Of a DNA stretch of 64,000 nt, positions 46,958-56,880 are shown piece after piece. The translations under genes and the position numbers were made by a program. The stretch is from contig OZ244065.1 of the NCBI GenBank assembly GCA_965215505.1, positions 1,024,001 to 1,088,000 of the forward strand, written 5' to 3'. Position 1 is the stretch's first letter. Each line of letters opens with the position of its first letter. The DNA is from Capsulimonadaceae bacterium. Lineage in GTDB: Bacteria; Armatimonadota; Armatimonadia; Armatimonadales; Capsulimonadaceae. Below the pieces are notes generated by a model. It saw nothing but the letters and a program-made list of their open reading frames with translations. It did no database searches and had not been told where the DNA came from.

Positions 46958-47620
46958 TCAAGGGCGGATCGCCCTCAAAGGCACCGGCGGCACTGGCGAC
47001 CCTGGCGGCACTCCCGGCGTTCCCGATACGGGCGGCGGCCCGTCTGCATAGACGGCCAGGATACTGCCGGATTCGACGACCGAGGGCAGCAGAGCTTCCA
47101 GCGTGTTGGTTTCTGGAGCCGGATTGACTGTACTGACGGGTAACGCCTTCCAGCCTGCCGCGATATTGTTCGTCTTGTCGTCCGCCGGGCTATAGAGGTA
47201 GACGCGGGGGACGCTGGATGACGTATCGCCGGAAGGCAGGTAAATCCGCGCCTGCGGGCTGAAAGCCACATTAGGAGTGCTGAAAGTAATGCGGTAGGCA
47301 GAAAACTGCAACGTCGCAGTGGAGTCCGGTGCGGCTGGCATCCCTGTCGTGACAGGGGCGGCGGTCACGATGACGCCGGAGGTGACGGAGCCGACCGTGT
47401 ATTCAAAATGAACATTGGGATAGGGAATGACCGGCCCGGAGCCGTCAGGGACGAACCGGAAGCCCTCGTCGGTGGTGCTGCCCCCCCCGCCGCCGCAGCC
47501 GCTCAGGAGCAGGACGAGCAGGACGCCGAGCGACGCCGACAAGGTGTGTCGGCAGCGCGCCCCGGTGCGCGGGCACCCGGCCCGCAACGTCTTCGGAAAC
47601 CACATGTTCGGAAACCGCAT
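46958..47620 (-). CDS. Putative lipoprotein
   Basis: Hydrophobic stretch and lipobox LLSG-C followed by a Gly linker; GAGAGGA RBS before ATG 47620. Confidence 0.7.
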   Translation of the reverse strand: MRFPNMWFPKTLRAGCPRTGARCRHTLSASLGVLLVLLLSGCGGGGGSTTDEGFRFVPDGSGPVIPYPNVHFEYTVGSVTSGVIVTAAPVTTGMPAAPDSTATLQFSAYRITFSTPNVAFSPQARIYLPSGDTSSSVPRVYLYSPADDKTNNIAAGWKALPVSTVNPAPETNTLEALLPSVVESGSILAVYADGPPPVSGTPGVPPGSPVPPVPLRAIRP

Positions 47621-47923
47621 GTCGCTAGTCCTCTCTTCAGTCCACCAGACCCAGCCGGACGGCGCGGCGCGCAGGCCCGCCTCGCCCCGGCAGGGGCGTG
47701 GGGAGCCGGACGCCTGCGGACGGGCGCAGGGCATCGCCGAGGGGCTGCCGAGGGCAGCCCGCCGGTATCAGATTGCCGGCGGCACGGGAGCGTGACGCCG
47801 GGTACAGCAAGACTTGCAGGGTTAAAACGGGACGTGCTATTGACAGGATGTGCTATCGAGTCGGGACGTGCTTGGGGTGGTGCATTTGTGCGGATCAGAG
47901 CTACAGGGACATCGGCACACAGC

Positions 47924-47952
47924 ATCTTAACATAGTATTATGGGGATGTCAA
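47924..47952 (-). promoter_or_regulatory. Sigma70-type promoter for the lipoprotein/Ig/beta-barrel operon
   Basis: Minus strand TTGACA-N17-TAAGAT with extended TG, in an AT-rich intergenic region. Confidence 0.6.
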
Positions 47953-48318
47953 GAGAATGGCAGAAATTCGCCGCGATTAAATGAAAAGCTTCCCCTAGCC
48001 CCAGAAGGTCATCGGAGACGGCACGGATTATGGCATGCGTTTGGTCTAGCGGCCTTGCCTCCATGCCAACAGGATCATGCTCGGGCCGAGCGACGTACTG
48101 ACGTGTAACACCTAATACTTGTAGATAGTAATAGCTTTCGTTAAAGCCAGTATTCTTACTGGTTTAATCTATGAATCTGCCGGTTGGCACAATATCTGCT
48201 TGTGTTACTGATGTCGGACAGCCAGCCTGCCTCGATGAGTCCCAAAGCCGACTGTTCCCGGCCCACGAGCCGGGCCGTCACCGACAATCGCCCGAAGCAG
48301 TCCTTTCTACCACAGCAG

Positions 48319-49512
48319 ATGATGAAGATTTCCGTCCCACTTTTCGTCGCCTCCTGGGCGCTCATAGGCTATACCTACTGCCTCTTCCCGCTGCTGATCG
48401 CGCTGCTGGCCCGCCTCGCGGGCAGGCCTGCGCCGGAGATGGGGGGTTGGGCGGAGGAGGACCTCCCGAGCGTCGTCGTCGTCGTCGCGGCCCACAACGA
48501 GGAGGGGTTCATCGCGGCGAAGGTCCGCAACACCTGGCAGATCGACTATCCGCCGGACAAGCTGACTCTGCTCATCGGCAGCGATGGGTCGTCCGACTCC
48601 ACGCCCGACATCCTCCGTTCCCTGCGGCACCCCCGCCTCTACGCCCGGACATTCGAACAGCGGCGCGGCAAGGTGTCTGTGGTCAACGACCTGATGGCGG
48701 AAGCGGACGCGGACATCGTCATCCTCTCCGACGCCAACACGACGCTGGCACCGGACGCGGTGCGGAAGCTCGTTCGCCACTTCCGGGACCCGAGGGTGGG
48801 CTGCGTCAACGGCGCGCTGGCCCTGGAACACGGCGGCGGCGTCTCCGGGGAGGGGCTGTACTGGAAGTATGAACTGTGGATCAAGACGAACGAGAGCCGC
48901 CTGGGGTTCGTCATCGGCTGCTACGGGGGCATACTCGCCGTCCGGCAGGGCCTCTACCAGCCGCTCCCCCCGACGACGATTGTCGAGGACTTCGTCCTGA
49001 CTATGAACATCATGGCGGACGGCTGGGGCGTGCGGTTTGACCCCGAGGCGCGGGCCACGGAGCCGGCCAGCGCCTCGTCACGCGCCGAGTGGGGGCGCAA
49101 GGTCCGCATCGGGGCCGGCGACTTCCAGGCGCTGGGCCTGACGCGGCGGATGCTGCACCCGCGCCAAGGCCTGCGGGCGTTTTCCTACTGGAGCCACAAG
49201 GTCCTTCGCTGGTTCGCCCCGTTCCTCCTGATCGGCGCGGTGGCCGGCAACCTCGGCATCGCCACGGCCCAGGGCTTCCCCGCCGGCGGCGTCTTCACCT
49301 GGCTCCTGGCGGCGCAGGCGGCCGGCATCCTCGCCTCGCTCCTCGTATACCGGCTGCCGGAAGGCTCCGGCCCGCCGGCCTGGCTGCGCCCGGTCAGCTT
49401 TTTCTACCTGATGAACTTCGCCCTGCTCTGCGGTTTCTGGCGCTGGGTGCGCGGCAGCCAGTCGGCGGCCTGGCAGCAGGCCGCCCGGCAGGCCTCGGAG
49501 CAGCCGGTTTGA
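48319..49512 (+). CDS. Membrane glycosyltransferase family 2
   Basis: VVVAAHNEE, SDGSSDST, RRGK, SDAN, GEGLYWKYE, VEDF, SHKVLRW. Start uncertain (48184-48322). Confidence 0.92.
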   Translation: MMKISVPLFVASWALIGYTYCLFPLLIALLARLAGRPAPEMGGWAEEDLPSVVVVVAAHNEEGFIAAKVRNTWQIDYPPDKLTLLIGSDGSSDSTPDILRSLRHPRLYARTFEQRRGKVSVVNDLMAEADADIVILSDANTTLAPDAVRKLVRHFRDPRVGCVNGALALEHGGGVSGEGLYWKYELWIKTNESRLGFVIGCYGGILAVRQGLYQPLPPTTIVEDFVLTMNIMADGWGVRFDPEARATEPASASSRAEWGRKVRIGAGDFQALGLTRRMLHPRQGLRAFSYWSHKVLRWFAPFLLIGAVAGNLGIATAQGFPAGGVFTWLLAAQAAGILASLLVYRLPEGSGPPAWLRPVSFFYLMNFALLCGFWRWVRGSQSAAWQQAARQASEQPV

Positions 49513-50870
49513 AGCCCCTGACGGCCAAACCTCTGACGCTGCGCGGGAATTTCGCGTGGACGGCCATCGGCAACATCGTCTACTCGCTTTGCAGCTGGCT
49601 CATGCTGAGCGTGATCGCCAAGATGGGCAGTCCCGCCATGGTCGGCCAGTTCTCGCTCGGCCTGGCCGTCGCCCAGCCGGTCATGGTCTTCTCGCAGCTC
49701 TCTTTGAACCAGGTGCAGGCGACCGACGCCCGGTGCGAGTACCGTTTCGGCGACTATTTGGGCCTGCGGATGATCACCAACCTGCTCGCGATGGCGGGCC
49801 TGGTCGGGCTGGCGCTGGCGGGCGGCTATTCGCGGGAGGCCGGTGCGGTCGTCGTCCTCGCCGGGGTCGGCCTGGCGTTCGACGGCATCGGGGACACGGT
49901 GTTCGGCCTGCTCCGCCGACACGAGCGCATGGACCGGGTCGCGATCTCCATGGCGGCGGAGGGGGTGCTGTCTCTGCTGATGCTGACGGCGGGCCTGTCC
50001 TTCCTGCACTCGATCGTCTGGGCGGCGGCCGGCTCCGCCCTCGCTTCCGCCCTGGTGGCACTGGCCTACGACGTCCCGAACGCGGTCATCCTGCTGCGCC
50101 AGTCGGAGAACGGCGGGGACAACCTCCTGTCCCGCTTCCGATCCCGCTTCCGATCATCCGAGTTCCGGCTGCCGAGGGCGCACTACGACCCGCCTGTCCT
50201 AGGGCGGCTGGTCCGGGTGGCACTGCCGCTGGGCGTGATCATGGTGCTGCTTTCGGTCAACGGCAACATCGCGCGGTACTTCGTGGCGCACTCGCTCGGC
50301 CTGCGCGCGCTGGGCATCTTCTCCGCCCTCGTCTCGTTCGTGACCGTCGGCCGGCTGGTGACCACGGCCCTGGGCCTGTCCGCAAGCCCGCGCCTGGCCC
50401 GCTACTACGCCGCAGGGGACCGCGCGGCGTTCATCGGCCTCCAGCGGCGGCTGCTGCTAATCGGGGTGGGCGCAGGGACGGCCGCACCGGTCCTCGCTGC
50501 CATGCTGGGACGCCAGATCCTGACGCTATTCTACACACCTGAATACGCGCGGCACCTGGACGTCTTCGTGCTGTATCTGGCGGCGGGCGGCCTGAGCTAT
50601 GTGGACGGGTCCATCGGGTGGGCGATCACGGCGGCCCGCTGCTTCAAAGCGCAGGCCGTCTCCTTGGCCTTCCTGACGGTCTTGATCACCGGGGCCAGCG
50701 CCTGGCTCGTCCCCGCTTACGGGCTGCGCGGCGCGGCCTATGCCGCGCTCCTCGTCTCCGCAGCCCAGCTCGTCGGCAACTCATTGATTCTGCGGCACGT
50801 CCTGCGGACGCTCCCCGCCCGAGCGCAAGTCGTCCAGTTCAGAAAGGAAGAACATGTCCCCGCCGCGTGA
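49509..50870 (+). CDS. wzx: Polysaccharide flippase (Wzx-like)
   Basis: LRGNFAWTAIGNIVY, VGQFSLGLA, multiple TM helices, LGIFSA, PRLARYY, LVPAYGLRGAA. TTG start overlaps the upstream stop. Confidence 0.88.
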   Translation: MKPLTAKPLTLRGNFAWTAIGNIVYSLCSWLMLSVIAKMGSPAMVGQFSLGLAVAQPVMVFSQLSLNQVQATDARCEYRFGDYLGLRMITNLLAMAGLVGLALAGGYSREAGAVVVLAGVGLAFDGIGDTVFGLLRRHERMDRVAISMAAEGVLSLLMLTAGLSFLHSIVWAAAGSALASALVALAYDVPNAVILLRQSENGGDNLLSRFRSRFRSSEFRLPRAHYDPPVLGRLVRVALPLGVIMVLLSVNGNIARYFVAHSLGLRALGIFSALVSFVTVGRLVTTALGLSASPRLARYYAAGDRAAFIGLQRRLLLIGVGAGTAAPVLAAMLGRQILTLFYTPEYARHLDVFVLYLAAGGLSYVDGSIGWAITAARCFKAQAVSLAFLTVLITGASAWLVPAYGLRGAAYAALLVSAAQLVGNSLILRHVLRTLPARAQVVQFRKEEHVPAA

Positions 50871-51531
50871 GAAGTGTCTTGAACCGAGCCTGTGGCGCAC
50901 CCTGGCGCGCGACTTCCGGCGCTACCGCCGCGAGGGGACGCGGCACGCGCTGCACGTCCTGCTGTTCTGTCCCGGTTTCTCGGCGACTCTCGTGTACCGC
51001 CTCTTGTCGCGCCTTCAGGGGGGGGCGTCGGGGACGGGTGCTGCGCGCATCTGTCGCCTGCTGATCAACCAGTTCTGTCATGCGGTTTCCGAGACGACCG
51101 CGCTGACGACCCGCATCCTGCTGCCGCCGCACTGCCGGATCGGGGCCGGCCTGTTCATCCCCCACTTCGGGCCGCTGACGGTACACCCGGACGCCCGGAT
51201 CGGGGAGAACTGCACGCTGCACCAGGGCGTCGTGATCGGCCAGGCCGGCCGGGGCGAACGGAAGGGGGCACCGTGTTTGGGCGACCGCGTGTATGTGGGC
51301 GCGAACGCCGTCCTGATCGGCGCGATCACGCTGGGCGACGATGTGGCCGTCGGCGCGGGGGCCGTGGTGACGCGGTCGGTCCCGAGCGGAGCGGTCGTCG
51401 CGGGCAATCCGGCCCGCATCCTGTCCCACTCGGGCAGCTCCGGCCTGATCTTTTACGACGGCATGGACGCCGACCCGATGCGCTTGGGGCCGCTTACTAC
51501 CGAAGACGCGGGAGAGGCCTTACCGGCATGA
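50854..51531 (+). CDS. Serine O-acetyltransferase-like hexapeptide acetyltransferase (WcaB/CysE-like)
   Basis: IGAGLFIPH, IGENCTLHQGVVIG, LGDRVYVGANA, VGAGAVVTRSVP, VAGNPAR. Confidence 0.9.
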   Translation: MSPPREKCLEPSLWRTLARDFRRYRREGTRHALHVLLFCPGFSATLVYRLLSRLQGGASGTGAARICRLLINQFCHAVSETTALTTRILLPPHCRIGAGLFIPHFGPLTVHPDARIGENCTLHQGVVIGQAGRGERKGAPCLGDRVYVGANAVLIGAITLGDDVAVGAGAVVTRSVPSGAVVAGNPARILSHSGSSGLIFYDGMDADPMRLGPLTTEDAGEALPA

Positions 51532-52673
51532 ATACGCTCCCGACAATGGAAGGAGCAGCCCCGCGCGGCGGCGTCAGGGGCAGCCATATCGCCCTGTACA
51601 TGGAGGCGTTCACCGGGGGCGGCGCGGAGCGCGTCATGGTCAACCTGGCCTCCGGGCTGGCAGCGCGCGGGCACCGCGTGGACATGATCGTGGTCCGGTC
51701 CGAGGGACCATACCTGGCCCTGCTTTCGCCCGACGTGCGGCTGATAGACCTCGGCTGCGGGCGGTCGCTCGCGAGCCTGCCCCGCCTGGCCCGCTATCTG
51801 CGGCGGGAGCGGCCCGCTGCCCTGCTGTCCGCGATCGAACACTCAAATCTGATCGCGCTCTGGGCGGGCGCGCTCGCCGGCTACCGGGGGCGGGTGGCCG
51901 TCAGCGTCCACATTAACCTGTCTTCGGTCGTCCGCCGCGCATCGGGGCTGAAGGGGAGCCTGCTGCTGTGGCTCTACCGCCGCTTCTATTCGGGCGCGGG
52001 CGCGGTGATCACGGTCTCCGACGCCGCCGCCGCCGACCTGACGCGCCTGCTCCGGCTGCCGCCGGGGCGGGTGCGGAGGATCTACAACCCGGTCCTCTCG
52101 CCCGCGCTGTTCGAGCAGGCGGGGGAGCCGGCCCAGCACCCCTGGTTCGGGCTGGGGCAGCCACCGGTGGTCCTGTCCGTGGGGCGGCTGTGTCCCCAGA
52201 AGGACTTCCCGACCCTCATCCGGGCGTTCGCCCAGGCCCGTCAGCAGACGCCCGCCCGGCTGGTCATCCTCGGGGAAGGCCCGGACCGACCCGCCCTGGA
52301 GGGGCTGGTGTCCGAGCTGGGCCTGACCGACTCGGTGGCCCTGCCGGGCTTCGCCGCCAACCCCTACGCCTGCATGGCGCGGGCGGCGGCCTTCGTCCTC
52401 TCCTCCCGATGGGAGGGCCTGCCGACGGTGCTGATTGAGGCGCTGGCCTGCGGCGTCCCGGTCGTCTCCACGGACTGCCCGAGCGGCCCGCGCGAGATAC
52501 TGTGCGGCGGTCGGCACGGCCGGCTGGTCCCCGTCGGCGACGCGGACGCCCTGGCCCGCGCCATCGCGGCGAGCCTGGAGGCCGGACCGACCGACCGCTC
52601 CCCGGAGGATTGGGCCGCGTTCCACACGGAACACGCGGCGGCGGAGTACGAGGAAGTCTTGCTGGGCGGATAG
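51528..52673 (+). CDS. Glycosyltransferase family 4
   Basis: GGGAERV, IYNP, VGRLCPQKDF, FVLSSRWEGLPTVLIEALACG, TDCPSGPREIL. Confidence 0.93.
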   Translation: MNTLPTMEGAAPRGGVRGSHIALYMEAFTGGGAERVMVNLASGLAARGHRVDMIVVRSEGPYLALLSPDVRLIDLGCGRSLASLPRLARYLRRERPAALLSAIEHSNLIALWAGALAGYRGRVAVSVHINLSSVVRRASGLKGSLLLWLYRRFYSGAGAVITVSDAAAADLTRLLRLPPGRVRRIYNPVLSPALFEQAGEPAQHPWFGLGQPPVVLSVGRLCPQKDFPTLIRAFAQARQQTPARLVILGEGPDRPALEGLVSELGLTDSVALPGFAANPYACMARAAAFVLSSRWEGLPTVLIEALACGVPVVSTDCPSGPREILCGGRHGRLVPVGDADALARAIAASLEAGPTDRSPEDWAAFHTEHAAAEYEEVLLGG

Positions 52674-52686
52674 GAGCGACAGACCG

Positions 52687-53694
52687 ATGACCAAAGCAGC
52701 ATTCGCCGGACCTACAAATGCGGGCCTACATCGTCCGATACTGGAACCACCGCCCGACCTGATCTGCCCGATCTGCCGTGGCGATCTGGATGCCGGGGCG
52801 GGAACCCTGGTCTGCCGGAACGGGGCCTGCCGGACCGAGTTCCCCCTGGTGGACGGCATCCCGGTACTCATCAACGAGGCGAATAGCCTGTTCACGATCG
52901 CGGGTTTTGTGGGCCGCGAGGGCACATTCTTCAGCAAGCCCGACGGCAGGCTTGCCACGTTCGGGATGAAGGTGCTGGACCGCCTCCCCGACATCACCCG
53001 CAGCATCGGCACGCGAGAGCGGTACGCGAAATTGGCCGAGATGCTGCTGCGGGACAACCCGGCCCCGGTCGTCCTGGTCGTGGGCGGGAGCATCGTGGGG
53101 AACGGCATGGAGGAGTTTCTGGCACACCCGGCGATCCGCTTCGTCGAGACGGACATCGCGTTCGGGCCGCGCACCCGGATCATCTGCGACAGCCACGACA
53201 TGCCTTTCCGCGACGGCACCTTCGACGCGGTCATCGCGCAGGCCGTTCTGGAGCATGTGGTGGACCCGGCCCGCTGCGTGGCGGAGATCCACCGGGTCCT
53301 GAAGAGCGGCGGCCTCGTCTATGCCGAGACTCCGTTCATGCAGCAGGTCCACGGCGGGCGCTACGACTTCACGCGCTGGACGCACCTGGGCCACCGGCGG
53401 CTGTTCCGGTGGTTCGCCGAGGTGGAGAGCGGCGTGGTGTGCGGGCCGGGCATGGCGCTGGCCTGGTCGTGGAACTACTTCGCGCTCAGTGCGGCGACCT
53501 CGCGGGCGGGGCGCGCGCTGGCCCACCTCGTGACGCGGCTCACCGGCTCCTGGCTGACCCTGTTTGACGCGGCCCTGGTGACGAAGCCGGGGGCGTATGA
53601 TGCCGCCGCCGGCTACCATTTCCTGGGACGCCGGAGCGATGAGGCGCTGCCGGACCGGGAGCTGATCACGCTCTACCAGGGCGGCCGCCAGTAG
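52687..53694 (+). CDS. Class I SAM-dependent methyltransferase with Trm112-like N-terminus
   Basis: LICPICRGDL...FPLVDGIPVL; VLVVGG; DSHDMPF; FDAVIAQAVLEHV; EIHRVLKSGG. Confidence 0.85.
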   Translation: MTKAAFAGPTNAGLHRPILEPPPDLICPICRGDLDAGAGTLVCRNGACRTEFPLVDGIPVLINEANSLFTIAGFVGREGTFFSKPDGRLATFGMKVLDRLPDITRSIGTRERYAKLAEMLLRDNPAPVVLVVGGSIVGNGMEEFLAHPAIRFVETDIAFGPRTRIICDSHDMPFRDGTFDAVIAQAVLEHVVDPARCVAEIHRVLKSGGLVYAETPFMQQVHGGRYDFTRWTHLGHRRLFRWFAEVESGVVCGPGMALAWSWNYFALSAATSRAGRALAHLVTRLTGSWLTLFDAALVTKPGAYDAAAGYHFLGRRSDEALPDRELITLYQGGRQ

Positions 53695-53729
53695 AAGACC
53701 GTCACGCCGCCCATGAGAAACTGCGGACA

Positions 53730-54965
53730 ATGAAAAACTTCAGCCACTTCTCGCAGCTCGCGGCTTACCTCGCCTCCCTGGTGCTGATCGGGGGCATCCC
53801 CGGCCTCGCCCTGCCGCTCGAGGACTCGGCTTTGGGGTCGGTCAACCGGCTGATCGGCGGGCTGGTGATGCTGCTTTGGCTGCTCTCGGTCGTCGCGACC
53901 GGGCGCCTGGGCCGGCTGCACCTGTTCCACCTGCTGGCGGTCGCCTTCGCCCTCTGGTACGTCCTCAGCGTGTGGTGGAGCGTGGCGCCCGACGAAACGC
54001 CGTTCACGGCGACTCTCATCGAGGGGGTCGTCCTGTCCGTCCTGCTCTGGGACATCTACCGGACCCAGGAGCGCCTGGAAGCGGCGATGCAGGCGTTCCT
54101 CCTCGGGGGCTACGTCTCGGTCGCGATGACGGCCTTCAATTTCGCCCAGGGGCAGCAGGTGCGGCACTGGGAACAGCGGTTCTCCGGCTCCGGCTTCGAC
54201 CCGAACGACATCGCGCTGCTGCTGGCGATCGGCATCCCGATGGCGACCTACCTGGCGACGCGCCCGAGGAGCCTGCCCGTCTTCCGGCTGCTGAACCTCC
54301 TGTACCCACTCGCCACCGCCCTGGGGATCGTACTGAGCGGGTCGCGCGGCGCACTGCTGGCGGCGGCCCCGGCGTACCTCTTCTACCTGGTCCGGCTGGC
54401 CCGGCTGGGCCGGGGCTGGGGGGTCGCCGTGGCCGGGCTGCTGGCCGCCGCCCTGGCGGGCGCGACGCAGCTCGACCTCAGCGCGCCGCTCCAGCGGCTG
54501 GGGACGGTGGCGGAGTCGTCGGGCGACGACCACCTCAGCGGGCGTTCGGAGATCTGGCAGGCCGGCTGGACCGCCTTCGGGGAACACCCGTTCCTGGGGG
54601 TCGGCGGCGGCGCGTTCTCGGCGGCGACGGCGGGGAGGAACGGCCAGGTGCTGTCTCTGATCGCGCACAACACCTACCTGTCTGTCTTGACGGAGCTGGG
54701 GCCGATCGGCTTCCTGCTGTTCCTCGGCCTGCTCGTGGTGGTCCTGCGGAGCGCGCTGCGCCAGTCCCCGCCGATGCGCGAGATGTCGCTGCTCTGCCTC
54801 CTCGTGTGGGGCGTCGGCGTGTTCGCCCTGTCCTGGGAGTTCCGGTCGCAGACCTGGCTCCTGTTCGGGCTGATCGTGGCGGCGGGCCACAGCGCGCCGC
54901 CGGCCGTCATCAGCCCGTTCCGGCCGGCGCGGGCCGGGCGGCTCGCGGGGAGGGCAGTGCCATGA
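53730..54965 (+). CDS. O-antigen ligase/Wzy polymerase family protein
   Basis: Multi-TM; DPND, SGSRGA, SGRSEIW, HPFLGVGGG, AHNTYL..L.ELG. Confidence 0.9.
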   Translation: MKNFSHFSQLAAYLASLVLIGGIPGLALPLEDSALGSVNRLIGGLVMLLWLLSVVATGRLGRLHLFHLLAVAFALWYVLSVWWSVAPDETPFTATLIEGVVLSVLLWDIYRTQERLEAAMQAFLLGGYVSVAMTAFNFAQGQQVRHWEQRFSGSGFDPNDIALLLAIGIPMATYLATRPRSLPVFRLLNLLYPLATALGIVLSGSRGALLAAAPAYLFYLVRLARLGRGWGVAVAGLLAAALAGATQLDLSAPLQRLGTVAESSGDDHLSGRSEIWQAGWTAFGEHPFLGVGGGAFSAATAGRNGQVLSLIAHNTYLSVLTELGPIGFLLFLGLLVVVLRSALRQSPPMREMSLLCLLVWGVGVFALSWEFRSQTWLLFGLIVAAGHSAPPAVISPFRPARAGRLAGRAVP

Positions 54966-56071
54966 AGACAGACGTTTTGAAGACGCGCGTCCTAATCTCC
55001 GGCCAGGACCCGTCCCTGCCGGGCGGCATGGCGAAGTATGTGGGCGGCCTGTGCACCTACCTAGAAACGGCCGGCGGCATCGAAACCCGGTTCCTGAACG
55101 AAACCGAGGTCAAGGGGCGGACCGGCATGATGAGCGCGAACCGGCTGGCCGCCGTCCGGGAGAGCGGGCGGCTGCTGCGCGGGTTCCAGCGGACTCTGCG
55201 GCGTCACAGGCCGGACGTCGTCCACCTCCACATGGCGCACGGCCTGTCGGTCTGGGAGAAAGCGGGCATGGCGGCCCTGGCGGCACGGGCGGGCATCCCC
55301 GCCCTGGTACACCTGCACGGCGCGGGCCTCGACGTGGCCCTGGGCGCGATGCCCGCCCGGCGGCGGCGCTGGCTGGACCGGGCGCTGGCGCGGCCCCACC
55401 GTGTGGTCGCGCTGTCTGAGGGCATGGCGGGCCTAATCCGCCAAGCCCTACCCTCGGCTCGTGTCAGCGTGATCCCGAACGCCGTGCGGCTGATGGCTCC
55501 GCCGCCGCCCCTCGCGTCGCCGCCGACCTTCGGCTTCCTGGGGTTCATGGACGGGCGCAAGGGCGAGAGTGATCTGCTCCGGGCGCTGGCGTCGCCCGGC
55601 GTCCCGCCGTGTTCGCTGCTGCTGGCCGGGGACGGCCCGATGCGGACGGGCGCGGAGGCACTGGCGGTGCGGCTCGGGCTGGCGGACCGCGTCTGCTTCC
55701 TGGGGAACATCGACGGGGCGGCGAAGGACGACTTTTTCCGCCGGATAGACGTGCTGTGCCTGCCCTCACAGGCGGAAAACCTGCCCATCGCGCTGCTGGA
55801 AGCGATGGGGTACGGCCGCCCGGTCATCGCCACGCCGGTCGGCGGCATCCCGGACATGGTCACGGACGGCGCGCAGGGCCGGCTGACGCCGCCGGGGGAC
55901 ATCGGGGCGCTGGCCGATGCCCTGACGGAAGCCGCCCTGAACCCGGAGGAGGTCCGCCGGCGCGGGCGGGCGGCCTGGGAGACGGTCGCGGACCGGTTCA
56001 CCTGGGAGCGGAACGGGCCGCTCATGGTCCGACTCTATCAGACCATGCACACCGAGACTGGAAAGGCTTGA
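54962..56071 (+). CDS. Glycosyltransferase family 4
   Basis: PDVVHLH, HLHG, IPNAV, RKG, CLPSQAENLPIALLEAMGYG, TPVGGIPD. Confidence 0.92.
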   Translation: MKTDVLKTRVLISGQDPSLPGGMAKYVGGLCTYLETAGGIETRFLNETEVKGRTGMMSANRLAAVRESGRLLRGFQRTLRRHRPDVVHLHMAHGLSVWEKAGMAALAARAGIPALVHLHGAGLDVALGAMPARRRRWLDRALARPHRVVALSEGMAGLIRQALPSARVSVIPNAVRLMAPPPPLASPPTFGFLGFMDGRKGESDLLRALASPGVPPCSLLLAGDGPMRTGAEALAVRLGLADRVCFLGNIDGAAKDDFFRRIDVLCLPSQAENLPIALLEAMGYGRPVIATPVGGIPDMVTDGAQGRLTPPGDIGALADALTEAALNPEEVRRRGRAAWETVADRFTWERNGPLMVRLYQTMHTETGKA

Positions 56072-56078
56072 TCCTCAA

Positions 56079-56831
56079 ATGAACGTGCAGTCCAGACCGA
56101 CCGAAGACGCCCGCCGGAACCCGCACGGGACCACGGACGACGGGACCACGGACGACAGGGCCACAGATGACGGGGCTACGGACGGCGGCACGGACGACGG
56201 GGTTATGACTCCGTGGCCCGCCGACGCCAGGGCTTATGCAGTCGCCAAACGCTTCATGGACATCGTCGCCGCGCTGTTCCTGCTCGCCGCCGCGTTCCCC
56301 CTGATGCTTGCAGTCGCGCTCCTGGTCGGGCTGACCAGCCCCGGCCCGGTGCTGTTCCGGCAGACACGCCTGGGGCGCGGCGGGGTGCCGTTCCCGCTGC
56401 TGAAGTTCCGCACGATGGTCGCCGACGCCGAGCAGCAGCTTGAGGCCCGCGCTGAACTGCGGCAGATGTTCCAGGAGTCCTTCAAGATCGCCCGCGACCC
56501 GCGCATCACGCCCGTGGGCGCGTTCCTCCGCCGGACCAGCCTGGACGAGCTGCCGCAGCTTATCAACGTCCTGCAAGGCAGCATGAGCCTGATCGGCCCC
56601 CGGCCCATCGTCCCGAAGGAGCTGGCGAAGTACGGCGAGCGGGGCGAAAAGCTGCTCACCGTCAAGCCCGGCTTGGGCGGGATGTGGCAGGCCGGGGGCC
56701 GCAGCGACACGACTTACGCCGAACGGATCGCGCTCGACATGTACTACATTGACCACCGCTCCCTGTGGCTTGACCTTTCCCTGCTGGCGAAGACGGCCTT
56801 CTGCGTCCTGACCCTGCGCGGCTCGTGCTGA
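56079..56831 (+). CDS. Priming sugar-phosphate transferase (bacterial sugar transferase family)
   Basis: KRFMDI, SPGPVLFRQ, KFRTM, DPRITPVGAFLRRTSLDELPQLINVL.G.MSLIGPRP, VKPG. N-terminal (G/R)xTDD x5 repeat. Confidence 0.95.
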   Translation: MNVQSRPTEDARRNPHGTTDDGTTDDRATDDGATDGGTDDGVMTPWPADARAYAVAKRFMDIVAALFLLAAAFPLMLAVALLVGLTSPGPVLFRQTRLGRGGVPFPLLKFRTMVADAEQQLEARAELRQMFQESFKIARDPRITPVGAFLRRTSLDELPQLINVLQGSMSLIGPRPIVPKELAKYGERGEKLLTVKPGLGGMWQAGGRSDTTYAERIALDMYYIDHRSLWLDLSLLAKTAFCVLTLRGSC

Positions 56832-56880
56832 CGGGGCGCAGCAAAAATGCCGATAAAGAGACACCGATAAAGAGACACCC

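Noticed and set aside
56127-56203. 15-bp imperfect repeats as a regulatory array
   Set aside because: They encode a low-complexity (G/R)xTDD linker at the N-terminus of the sugar transferase; nothing supports another role.
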